The notes under the pieces are model-generated. The model was not told the origin of the DNA, ran no database searches, and saw only the letters and a program-made list of their open reading frames with translations. DNA of 64,000 bases from Octopus vulgaris (Eukaryota), in NCBI GenBank assembly GCA_951406725.2, contig OX597814.1:25048001-25112000 (forward strand), in the 5' to 3' direction. The position numbers were made by a program, and so were the translations under genes. Each line of letters begins with the position of its first letter. Within the stretch, counting starts at the first letter, position 1. Positions 38,016 to 50,782 of this stretch are shown here, in pieces.

Positions 38016-39279
38016 TTCCCATGTTTTACGTTATATTTTACCTGCAGGTTCCTCCCACTTGCATTGCTTGGTACTTCTGTAATGATCTGTCTTCCTCCAT
38101 TTGCATAACATCTTTGTTCCAGTTCAGTCATCTCTCTTCCACACCATATATGTAAGAGGGCCTTGCAGAAACAGTCATTTTATTTATCATTCAGTCCTTA
38201 CTTTTGCTGTACTTTGATGTAACAGGTAGTTCTGTCACCTCAATAAGGGCTACAATTGCATTATTTTCTGTTGCATTAACAATTATAATTCTTTTATTGA
38301 TTAAAACTACTGATGAGTTGCTTAGATAAGTACTATTGATATAATGGCTTCAATTTGCCCACATCCCCGCCTCAACAAAGTTTATTTTCGTACATAATTA
38401 TAATGGTATATCATTGTCATCTATAACAAGGACTATGTAAAGAAAGAACAGAAGGGTTCTTCATTTATAGGGTGAAATATTTCTACAGCTCTTTTATTGT
38501 AACATACAGCTTAATTAAAGGAATGCTTTCTCTTATGAACCTCTCTGTAAATTAGGTATCATTGTTCTTTATACAGTTTAGTGGTTGTTGTTATGAAAAA
38601 GTACATCAGCCAGTTACATCTTTGTCATAGTATGAAAAACATTCATTCAAATATTCAGATATAAACCAATTCTACCCATGTAAGTTTAGCTAAGTGAATG
38701 TCAAAAAATATTAATTAAAAAAAAGGTAATGAATTATGGAGAAAGTGGTCAAATGACAAGAACAATTGAATATTTGAATAGAACCCTGAACCAAAATGCT
38801 AGGAATAGAAACTAGTGGTAGCATGATATTCTGAGTCCTATTCAAAATGTGTGAATATAATTATCAGCAGACACACTAAATAATCTTAGTTACTAATGGA
38901 CAAAGAAGAGCCTATGTACACAAGTAAAAGCAAAATGAATTTAGTCGTTCCCATCTTTCTCAACCCCTCCTCTTTTCTGCTGATTCATCCTCTAATTTAT
39001 TGATCAATGGACATCTAATGAGCATATGTTGCTTTTTTTATTTAATTTTCAGAGCCTTCATAATGGTGTGCTCTTTCTTTCTGTAGCTGATTGTTTGAGA
39101 AATACACAGACACATGTCTAATTTGGATACCACTAATGAACCTGCAACCCGCAGGATATATTGTTATTCTCATAGGCCTTAGCAGTTGAATGAAACAACT
39201 TTTATCTTTATGCACTACATTTCTCACACTTGAAACTGCCTCTCCTATGACATGATGTATCATTTTGAGAAGCTAACAA

Positions 39280-41600
39280 TAGTTGTTTACACAGTTAATT
39301 TTCAGTTGCTTTACTTCTAAATTGAACATATGGATGAGTAAATAAATGTTTAGGAAATATGGAGGAATTCATCTTTGAAAGATGTATTTGGAAGTTCAAG
39401 TCTTTCACAAACCAGTGAATTGTTAAGGTGTCAATAATGAAGGTATCATTTTTGTGTGTATCAAGGGAAAAATTACTTGATATTATCCATCCAAATCTGA
39501 GCTTCCACTCAACATCAAATGCATGGAAAGAAATCAGCAATGTTTAAGTGGGGAATAGAAATATCCATGCTTCTCCCTGTTACTGATGGTTCCAATCAGA
39601 AACCATATGTTTTGCAAACTTTGAGTATCTAGGGCTTACTTCTCCTTAGCATTTACCAGTAAATATCAATTAGATATAAAGCTAAACTTCACCCAAGTCA
39701 ACTCTTCAATTTAATCATGATCATCAGAGATGAGAGTTCATCCCTTTTTCAACCAGACCAATTAGATCAATGCCCATGATGTTCACTTTGAACTTTGTAA
39801 GGCTATAACTGTAAGAAAAACCATTTCTTTGGACCTCAGTGATGGGTGCAAATGATTCAGCATGTTGGTTGGTATGGAGAGTTAACAAGAGATGGATAGG
39901 TTGGATATCATTTTGACCAGGTCAGATGCTTGCTAGCTTAGAAGAGCAGAGTAGATTGAAATAGTAGAAAGTAACAGATTATTTGTGGATTAATGGTTGT
40001 ACTGTGTTGATGTTTAACTTTTGGCAATCAGCCACCACTGGATTCTGTAAATTTATTTTCTGTTCCTAAAGATGAAGCCTAGTCTTTGAAATTCCAGATT
40101 GGTAGCATTGTATATGTGAGGTTGCCCTGAAAGATGGGATCTTTAAATATTGTTGGTTAGTTGCATATTGTGATGATACATTGCATGAACATTCTTTTCA
40201 TGTATGCAATGATTGTATATGTTGTTGAATGTAGGCAGATTGTTATGCATTTGTTGGAATATGTTTTTGAAATCTCTGTCCATGGAATTAATGCATGTTT
40301 TCTGTGAGATGTCTATATTACAGGTGATGAAAACTATATGTCCAAGGTTAAGAAAAATGAAGGAATCAGTCATCTACATATTTGAGTATGGGAGAAAATG
40401 CAGTTAAAAAAGTAATCAGGTCAGCAATAGTAAAAAAAAAAATGTGTGGAAACATAACCATGTTTTGATCCACTGCTTCAATTACTGCAAGTTGGTGATG
40501 CCTCATGACTACCTGTTAGAGTCAAAGAGGTCACAGTGTCATACATGTCTGTAGATTTGGACAGATGCTTATAGATAAGTCATGAATTTAGGGATCATCA
40601 TAGCAAGCTCAGAAGTGAACTGTTTGAAGATAATAGCAGATATATAACTTGGATACCGGTTTCTTATTATGTTGAAGTGATTGCATATATTTTTGTGCTT
40701 GGTAATTGTGTACTAGTAGCAGTGAGATCGGTACAATGGTGGAGAGCTTCAGAGCAGTTTCATTGTGTGTAGTGATAAATGTCCTCAACAGAAAATGAAA
40801 GATGGTATTATGGATGAGAGAAGTAAGTGGAAGGTAAAGATTTAAAACTTAGATGAATACAGACGAATGAATTTAAGCTTAAATAAATGGGAGTCTTTGG
40901 GTGTTGATGTAATTGTTTAAGTGATGGGATTTTACAGTCATAGCTTAGATATTGTGTCTGATGGAGTTATGTTTCTAACAGGAATATAATTCATATTTTA
41001 CATGGTAGTATGAGGATGATAGTTGGAGAGATTGCTTGGATAAGGTTTGGACTGAAACTCATGGACTGAAATTGGTTTAGCGGTGGGATAATTGTCCAAT
41101 TTTTTATGGGACTTTATCAAGATTTTGAAAATAAATAGTTTGGTAGAAGAGAAAGGGAAACTGAAGTTTTATAAGCTGTTACAAACCATTACTTCTGTCC
41201 CTGTGAGTAGCCTAGCTGGAGATCAGTGAACTTTGATGGACCTCACTAAAAAGAAGCATGTGATTAAACCTTTTGTTATTGTATTTATTTTGAGATGCTC
41301 TGTGTTTCTTTCAATTACTTTAAATATAACAAAGGATTTATTAAAATAACTTAGTTATCATTCAGCTAGTGTTAGGAACATAAATTGCGACTAGGGTTTG
41401 GTGGAAGATTTTAATTCAAAACTTATGAAAACAAGACATTTGTACTCAGAACCAGAGCCAGTTTCAGCTGGGTTGGTAACGAAAGGGTTAAATGCCAGCA
41501 TATGTACTAGCCAGTAGGGAAATGGACTGAGATGTTGCTCTTTGTTCTTGTTGCTATGATGTACCTGGAAACTTTTCCCCAACTACTCAGGTTATGTACA
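39280..41600 (-). mobile_element. Highly decayed LINE (CR1/Jockey-like) relic
   Basis: Scattered weak motif remnants only (GDFNVHH-like near 41560, KASGPD-like near 39920, SSIFP...HPY near 39340). No continuous frame. Confidence 0.35.
41268..41487. mobile_element. piggyBac-like MITE
   Basis: TTAA on both sides, imperfect TIRs ACCTTTTGTTA / CCCTTTCGTTA, 220 bp, non-coding. Confidence 0.7.
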
Positions 41601-42609
41601 TCAAAGGACTATATTATCTTCAAACTAAGGGCCTTACTTGAATCCTTTTAACAATATAAAATTTGCTTAAGTCTTTTAATGACTTTAAAATACCATTACC
41701 ACTAGTAGAAAAAGTGAGTTGCCAAATGGGAACATTTAGAGGACAGTGATATAAGATATAGGAGTAGTTCTAATTATTGAAGAGGCTAAGTAGATAGGTA
41801 TATAGGTAAGTAGTCAAATCTTTTGTCTAATCTTCACACTATATTACCTATAGTCAGAATGTGATCTATTATGAATTTGGGAATAAGATTATTCCTGTAA
41901 AATAATAAGGAAACTTGTCATATCTTACAATAAGTATCATTTCTTCAAACTGGTGAAGATAAATAATTTAAAAGTATGCTTTTCATTATCATTTAATTTA
42001 TTTGTATATTTAAAAACTGTTGGACATTTCTATTTTTAAAAAATAATGCTTAATGCATTTTGATTTATTTGAGCTTATTAAAAGAAAATAGTAATTTAAG
42101 CACATACAGTAAATGCCATACAGCAGAATTTGCCTCCCACAGGCTTTTAAGTTTTGGTTGAAATCATTTCCCATTGTTTGCATTACTAGAATTCTTTTGA
42201 AAGTCATAAATGCTATATACTCCCATTTATTTGCTCTATAAATCCAAGGCCTCATACCTTGTCAAAAGAAATAACTTTAAGTACAATTTGAAGGCATTAT
42301 CATTGAATTTAACTCTGATGCTTTAATTTAAGATATTGTATTGATAACAAACACTTAGTTAAATGTTGGCATTTCAGGGTTTTTTTTTTAAACTTTCACC
42401 TACTGTTCATCAAGAATTAAAACTAAACAATTTTTAAGCATCTATTTGGAATTCATACATGAAAATTTAATGAGAATCATCTCATATTTCTGCATTTGGC
42501 CAAACAGGTTGAGCATCTATTGACGAAGGAATATATGATAATTACTTGCAGATACCATCTTAATAAAAAGCAAACTAATGAGATAATAATAATGATAATA
42601 ATAACAATG

Positions 42610-42664
<55 letters not shown>

Positions 42665-43489
42665 TGATGATGATGATGATATGATGATGATGATAATAAT
42701 AATAATAATATTGTATGAATTAATGAATAAATAAATAGATAAAAAATTCTTGAAATTGTTTGATGCTTATGACGTGAATAGCAGAATCATCCCACCAAAT
42801 ATTAATCAGAGGAATTATAAGAAGCTGTTCACCTTCTCATGGCATAACAAGAATAAAGATAAAAACTACTTTACCATAAATTCTATTATCATATCAATAT
42901 TATTATATATATTATTGTTATTATGTATTATTATTTTTGTGTTGTTAATAACACTGCCATTACTACTACCCCACAAACAGTACTTTGAATACTCTTTTCT
43001 CTGAGGCATTTTACCTCCATTTTAAAAATAAAAGATAAAACATACACACAATAAATGATATATCAAGAAGTATGGCTAAATGCAATATCTTTCATGCTTT
43101 TTGAACAACTTATGTGTTAAACTGATTTTCAAATTGTTCTTTCTTCTGTCTCTGCTCAAGGTTTTTGGTCTTATTATCAATTCAAAACTTATTTTCTTCA
43201 TGAAATCACACAGAGATTTAATTCATCACACACAAAAAAAAAAGATGATATAAAATAGAATAGAATAAAAATGCTATAAACCATAAGCCTTCCTTGCAGA
43301 TTTTCACACACTTTTATCAATGAGCTGTTGAACCGTGATGCCATATTTACATTCAAGTAAACACCAGATATTAACAAACAATGAAATATCAAAAAAGCAA
43401 AAGCTGTTTTGCATGGCTCAGCAAACTAAAGATTTCCAAGTGCAAGAGGGAAAAAAAAATCTTATAAAAAAAAAAAGAAAAGCATATTC

Positions 43490-43571
<82 letters not shown>

Positions 43572-44219
43572 TTAATAATAATAATAATAATAATAAACAA
43601 CTAACAACAAAAAGAAGAAAAAGAAAAAAATTTAGTTGCATCATGTGAAATGTATGTTTTCCCTGCTGGAAAAGTAAATAATCAATGGAATTGGTAAGGA
43701 ATACAATTGGTACTTCCAAGAAAGTAAAGCAGCTTGCAAATAGTTTTACAGACATGGGCAATTTTGTTTAGAAATATATGAATATATTTAGTATTTTACA
43801 GCATGTTTGTAATTCTTGATATTGTTTGCAATAGAAGAGAGTTCTAGCTCTACTTATATAAGCAAGATGATCACTGAATGGTGAAGTTACTGAACTAATG
43901 ATGCATAAGATTACAAGTTCAAAACCTGCTACTGTTATTGTATTATATTTCTGAAATAGCAGCATATCATTTTTTTTTCTCTTGTCTATCACTTGTGTTC
44001 AGTAGTAGATGCTACAACCATTGTATGTATGATAGCAAGAAGTTTGTTCCATATCACAATATATTTTTAGCTTTGTTATAACATAATATGGGGGATTGTA
44101 AATGTTTGAGAGAAAAGTCAGGTTGCATTTAACTTAGAGATAGAGAGAGAGAGAGAGAGAGAATAAACTCTCAGTCAGAGTATGAGTGTGTTATATATTT
44201 ATGTGGAAAGCCAGAGTTG

Positions 44220-44262
<43 letters not shown>

Positions 44263-44263
<1 letters not shown>

Positions 44264-44490
44264 ATCATCATCATCGTTTAACGTCTGTTTTCCGTGCTAG
44301 CACGGGTTGGATGGTTCGACCAGGGTCTGGGAAGCCAGGAGGCAGCACAAGGCTCCAGTCTGATCTGGCAGTGTTTCTACAGCTGGATGTCCTTCCTAAC
44401 GCCAACCACTCCAAGAGTGTAGTGGGTGCTTTTTACGTGTCACCAGCACAGGTGCCAGGGGAGGCTGGCAGTGGGCACAGGTGCCAGGGG
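44263..44490 (-). mobile_element. RTE 3' UTR copy
   Basis: Near-identical to 37730-37950. Confidence 0.85.
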
Positions 44491-44528
44491 GTGTATATAT
44501 ATATGTGTGTGTGTGTATGTATATATAT

Positions 44529-44988
44529 GCTCATGGCTCAGTGGTTAAAGTGTTGGGCTCACAATCATGAGGTAGTGAGTGTGATTCCTGGACTGGGTTG
44601 TGTGTTGTGTTTTTGAGCAAGACACTTTATTTCACATTGTTCCAGTTCACTCAGATGCAGAAATGAATTGCCACATCACTGGTACCAAACTGTATCAGGC
44701 TTTGCCTTTCCCTTGGATAACACCAGTGGCATGAAGAGGAAATGCTGGTATTCAGAGTGTGACAAGGCTAGCTCTTCGAAATACAGGCACAACAGAAAGA
44801 GGAAGAAAGAGTAAGAGAAAGTTGTGGTGAAAGAGTACAGCAGGGTTCACCACCACCTCCTGCCAGAGCCTCGTGGAGCTTTAGGTTTTTTCACTCAATA
44901 AACATGCAGAACGCCTAGTCTGGGAATCGAAACTGCAATCTTACAGCAGCAAGTCCGCTGCCCTAACCACTGGGTCATTGTGCCTCCA
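44529..44988. mobile_element. Two SINE family B copies tail-to-tail (44529-44750 +, 44753-44988 -)
   Basis: tRNA-like heads at both outer ends. Bodies match 35877-36100 and 19055-19251. Confidence 0.75.
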
Positions 44989-46163
44989 CTAAGCAGCACT
45001 CTGTCAGTTACCCCATGTTTCCTTCCTACCTCTGATCTCCATGTCTGTCTCTATCACTGTGCATCTCTATTTCTCCCTACACTAGAGCATCATTCACTTA
45101 TTTCTCCTCTAGCTATGGTTTCTTTATACTCCCCTCCTCCCCCTTTTATGTACTGTCACCTATCACCTCCTGCTCCCTGATCACTCCAACCTTTATGTTC
45201 CCAGCCAAACTGTGATTCACTATTGACCATGCTCATATCTTGTTCACCATTCATTACAATGATCTTAATCTCCATCTCTGACTACATGTCACTCTTTTTT
45301 CATACTCGCGTACACACTCTCCCACTCTCAATTCTTTGTCCCTAGTCTCTCTCTAGCCACTTACTTTGTACTTTGAGGACACATCCTGATACCTTATCTG
45401 TACCACTTTTCTCCCTTTTCAGCTTGGGTAGTTGTGTATCTCTTCAACTGCAAGACACTTCTTTTAGTTCCTCTTTTATACTCTAGCCTCTCTACACTCA
45501 ACATAAAGTCACCTCCCTTACATCACCCCTCTTTCCCTCCAACTGTTTCAAGAAGTTCTGTCTTATAAGTTAATCACTTGGTGACCTCACTAGAGCTGTT
45601 GCTATGAAAAAAATATACCCCAGTACACTCTGTTAAGTGGTGGGTGTTAGGAAAGGCATCAAACTGTAGAAACCATGCAGAAGCAGGCACTGGAGCTTGA
45701 CACAGTTCTCTGGTTCACTGGTTTCTATTGAACTGTCCAGTCTGTACCAACATGGAGAATGTTACATGATGATGATGATGATGAGGACCCTGTCTTTTAT
45801 TATGGATCTTCTTAATCTTTTGATCCTGGATCAACCAACCAATATTATCTTTTACTTTGGACATTCCTTAATTTCTCAATGAAGTGGTAACTAATAATAT
45901 CCTAGATTATGGATATTCCATATTTCTCTGTCTCTCTGATGATGGAATACCTGACTGACATGTAAATCTTTAATCAATAATATAAGATCCACAAGCTTAG
46001 TTATTCTTGAAACAGATGTAAGAAACTTTACCTATTTACTATTGCTACTCTGCACAATGTTTAAATTATCAATAAAATGTTCTAAAGTGATACATGTTTT
46101 GCTTGTTCATTCTGTTTTTAATATATATCTATATAATAATATCTATAAATCTTTCTACCTCTA

Positions 46164-46287
<124 letters not shown>

Positions 46288-46318
46288 CTACATGTCCATA
46301 CACACACAGACATATATA

Positions 46319-46359
<41 letters not shown>

Positions 46360-46381
46360 ATATATATATATACATACATAT

Positions 46382-46412
<31 letters not shown>

Positions 46413-47203
46413 AGAGAGACGTTTGCGCTGGTATGGCCACGTTGCGAGAATGGATGAAGATAGTTGTGTGAAAAAGTGCCACACCCTAGCTGTTGAGGAA
46501 ATCTGTGAAAGAGGCAGACCCCGGAAAACCTGGGATGAGGTGGTGAAGCACGACCTTCAAACTTTAGGTCTCACCGAGGAAATGACTAGAGACCGAGACC
46601 TTTGGAAGTATGCTGTGCATGAGAAGACATGGCAGGACAAGTGAAACCATCACCCATGGCCTCAGTCCACTTATGCATACCTTTCCTTCTTGGGACACAA
46701 AACCCTACTTGTGAAAACCTGTTGAGGCAAGTGAAAATCAAAAAAAATAAATAAATAAAAAGTCAAAAATGAAAACATCAAAAATCAAAATTGATCAACA
46801 TGAATGGAAATTGTTGCTGTGATATCAGTGCTGGTGGCACATAAGAGAACCATCAGAACGTGGCCGTTGCCAGTGCCGCCCTGACTGGCTTCCATGCCGG
46901 TGGCACGTAAAAAGCACCATCCGATCGTGGTCGTTTTCCAGCCTCGCCTCGCCTCCGTGCCAGTGGCACGTAAAAAGCACCATCCGACTGTGGCCGTTTG
47001 CTAGACTTGTCCGGCACCTGTGCAGGTGGCACGTAAAAAGCACCCACTACACTCATGGAGTGGTTGGCGTTAGGAAGGGCATCCAGCCGTAGAAACATTG
47101 CCAGATCAGACTGGGCCTGGTGCAGCCTTCTGGCTTCCCAGACCCCAGTTGCACCGTCCAACCCATGCCAGCATGGAAAGCGGACGCTAAACGACGATGA
47201 TGA

Positions 47204-47205
<2 letters not shown>
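46413..47205 (+). mobile_element. RTE LINE 3' end: ORF C-terminus, full 3' UTR and (GAT)n, inserted in (TA)n
   Basis: [21 protein letters not shown]...[16 protein letters not shown]...DRDLW, the canonical RTE C-terminus. Confidence 0.9.
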
Positions 47206-47246
<41 letters not shown>

Positions 47247-47289
47247 CATACATATATATATAAGTATGTATATACATATGTATATATAT

Positions 47290-47378
47290 ATCTTATAATT
47301 AAGGGCTAAAGAAGGATATTCTATAGCCAATACTGTATTGGCTATAGAATATCCTTCTTTAGCCCTTAATTATAAGAT
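47290..47378. repeat. Perfect palindrome, 44-bp arms, 1-nt spacer, adjoining (TA)n
   Basis: 47290-47333 is the exact reverse complement of 47335-47378. Confidence 0.95.
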
Positions 47379-47511
47379 GTTTATACTTCAACCGTAATGG
47401 TTTTTTAATATACTGCCACGCTTTTTGATGGAATCCTTTTCTGTAGAGAAAGGGACTTCATCCTATATTGTTAGTATGTATATATATATATATGTGTGTG
47501 TGTGTGTATGT

Positions 47512-47547
<36 letters not shown>

Positions 47548-48381
47548 GCACATACATACATACAAACACACATACATACATACATACATACATACATACA
47601 TACATACATACATACATACATACACACACACATGTATGTATGTATTTATGTATGGACATGTAGATTAAATCATCTGAAGCTGGAGATGAGATTAGCAATT
47701 AGGGAATGATGAATATTATTTAACATGCCTCAGAACATATGAATTAATTATATATAAGGAGGTGCATGCATGCTTACGTGTTTCTAACAACATGAACACC
47801 GAACGAAATACAACTTTGTAAAAATGTTAATTCCGTTGTTAAACCCGAATGTTCTCTCCAGCAACTAAAACATAAAAATAAATGTTTTAGATAAAGGCAA
47901 CAAGTTTATTGTTTTTGAATAATTGTTGTTTTGGAAATAATCATTGTTTTGGAAATAATTATCTTTACAGTGAGTTACTTAATGTTTCTTTATATGAAGA
48001 AAGCGTTAAAGCAATTTTTTTTTGTTTTTGTATTCGGTTTGCAAGATTCTTGATGTGAACTGGTGAAACTGATTTTCTTCTATCTCAGGTGGGACTTTAT
48101 GCCAATAATAAGTGCACACACTAGTTTTGTTTCCCTTTTTTATTTTCGTTGTTCATTTGGTTAACCATCTAACTGATTAACTAATCGATTCTTTGATTAT
48201 CACTTGGTCAACAATCAGCTACGTTTGCCATAGTCTTTTGGAGGTCATTTGTGACCTCATCAATGACATACCCTCTCTACTCCAGATCTACTTCATGTTT
48301 GTCTGCCTGACTCTTAGATTGCAGTTTCACTATTTATATTGATGTATGTGAGAATGTATGTGAGAGAGGGATGAATGCATA

Positions 48382-48903
48382 CCTTAAATCCTCGAGTATA
48401 ATCCGCATTTTTTTCCCAAAATTTAAAGGTCAAAATCCCTAGTGCATACTATATACAAGGTTAGAAATGAAAATTATTTTCTTAGCAATGTCTGAGTCTC
48501 TATTTGCTGTCCGGCAATGTTTATTCAGATACATTTTGTGATGTCGGGCGCGAAAATACCTTAAGCTAAGCCTGAAAGCAATGAAGTCATAAAAGAATCA
48601 TCCATAACTTGCAGTAAGCAACATTTATTAAAATAAAAGTATTCAGAACACAGAATAACATGTAACAAAAACAATTTGCAAACATATTTACATTCCCATA
48701 TAACAGTTAAGAACATCACCATTATTGTATTACACATGTGCAGAAGTGTTTGTTCGACTAGGTACTGCTGGCTTAATTACGCACAACTCAAGTTAGAGAA
48801 GGGGTGCGTATCATACACAAGGTTTAGGTTCAGCAGAAGTATAGCCCTCTAAATATCCCCTGTGTATTATACTCAAGGGCGGACTATACTCAAGGATTTA
48901 TGG
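48382..48903. mobile_element. Tc2/pogo-like MITE
   Basis: TA flanks, TIRs CCTTAAATCCTCGAGTATAATCCGC / CCATAAATCCTTGAGTATAGTCCGC, subterminal TATAC(A/T)CAAGG repeats. Confidence 0.8.
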
Positions 48904-49190
48904 TAACTCCAGTAATAATCTTTATGGTTGATCAACTTACTAAAAATGGAAGAGCACAATGATTAAAGCAATCCCAGATATAGAACAACCTCTCTAATGA
49001 TGGTGCTAGCATAAAATGCACCCAGTTTGATCTGTAAAGCAGTTGATGTTAGGAAGGCAATCCATCCATAGAATCCAAGCCAGAAATGAAATTGAAGAGT
49101 GAGACCTGGCTGTATAACCTGTCTAGTAGAACAATAACTACAAACAAAAACTGAGTCAGACATTAATGAACTGATTCAAGCCAAAATATA

Positions 49191-49418
49191 TTTCTTTACT
49201 ACCCACAAGGGGCTAAACACAGAGGGGACAAACAAGGACAGACAAATGGATTAAGTCGATTATATCGACCCCAATGCGCAACTGGTACTTAATTTATCGA
49301 CCCCGAAGAAGGATGAAAGGCTAAGTCGACCTCGGCGGAATTTGAACCCAGGACGTAGCGGTAGACGAAATACGGCTACGCATTTCGCCCGGCGTGCTAA
49401 CGATTCTACCAGCTCGCC
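49191..49418 (-). mobile_element. tRNA-derived SINE family C with Nin/Deu-like central domain
   Basis: Head GGCGAGCTGGTAGAATCG, B box GGTTCAAATTCC, domain GCCTTTCATCCTT..GGGGTCGATAAATTAAGTACCAG. Confidence 0.8.
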
Positions 49419-50282
49419 CAAAATAGAAACAACAACAGCAATGATGATTACAATGAAGACAGTTATGACGACAATGAGGATTAACCTTAGGCTGATGATG
49501 ATGATGAGGGGGGGGAATGGTATAGCTACAATCAAATGATAGAGCGGGTGTGAATATGTTGTGGTTCCTTTCATTTGTCTGTGTCTTACAGTAAATAAAG
49601 GATTTGAGCATCATACCTTCAAAAGTTTACCTTTTCATTAAGGCCATCTTAGAGGCAATTTCCATTTCCTATTTCTTTGTTACATGTAAACAGTAGCAGC
49701 AATTCACAAAACTTCACCTCAAACCAGTTTGAAGAACTTTGAATTAATCAATATCAGAACCCTATCTTTGATGTAATTCTTACATGGACTGACTACCAAA
49801 TACACAGAGAGATAATTACTAAGTATGGTAGTTCTTAATTATTATGTTTTAGTAAAGATTATTAATTGGAATGATAACTATAAATCTGATGCAGAGTTAA
49901 CCGTTAGCTGTTGGCAGCAGTAATAACCATCTAGTGACAGAAACAATTATCTTGATGATTATCTTGGGCGAGAAACATTTTCTTGGAAAATAGTTGTAAA
50001 TAACTCGAGGTTTGAGTTATTCTATTGCTTGATTTATTTTTCATTTAGCCAAAGCAGGAGACAGAATTCATGATTGAGTTGGTTTCTCCAAGGCTGGTAA
50101 GGCTTAGGCGGTTGATATTCAATTTAAACTTCTGGGGATTGTTGCTTCTGAATAATTTAGTATGACCATGGCTGAAAAAATTTGAACATGTAATATAGTG
50201 TTGAGTAGTATAGTGTAATATAGTGTTCATCATCATCATCACCATCACTATGACTACCACCACTACCACCACCATGACCACC

Positions 50283-50335
<53 letters not shown>

Positions 50336-50394
50336 CTTCTTCTTCTTCTTCTTCTTCTTCTTCTTCTTCTTCTTCTTCTTCTTCTTCTTCTTCT

Positions 50395-50782
50395 TTTAAT
50401 GTCCATTTTTCAATGCTAGCATGAATTGGACGCTTTGACAGGAGCAGGCAGGATCAGGAACCACACCAGGTTCCAGTCTATTTTGGTATGGTTTCTACAG
50501 CTTGATGTCTTCCTAACACCAACCACTTTACGGGTTGTACCCTGTGCTTTTTAAGTGGCATTAGCACTAAGTGCTTTTTACCACCACTCATGTCAATGTT
50601 TTTTACATGACACCTTGGCTTTAGGATCTCAATTCTGTTGTGGTGGGTGGGTCTTCTTGAGTACAGCAATGCACCACATATCTTGCTTCTCTGTCATCTC
50701 CTTCATAAGGCTCAGCGGTTTGAGATAGGCCTTCAGTACTTCATCCCATGTCTTCTTGAGTTACCCTCTTCCACAACTTCCC
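50395..50782 (-). mobile_element. Older RTE 3' end
   Basis: Minus strand RG*LKKTWDEVLKAYL plus the GTTAGGAAG-type UTR, ending at (GAA)n/(CAA)n. Confidence 0.7.

Noticed and set aside
50049-50096. Plus-strand 48-nt candidate exon PKQETEFMIELVSPRL
   Set aside because: Isolated, opposite to the supported gene and short enough to arise by chance.
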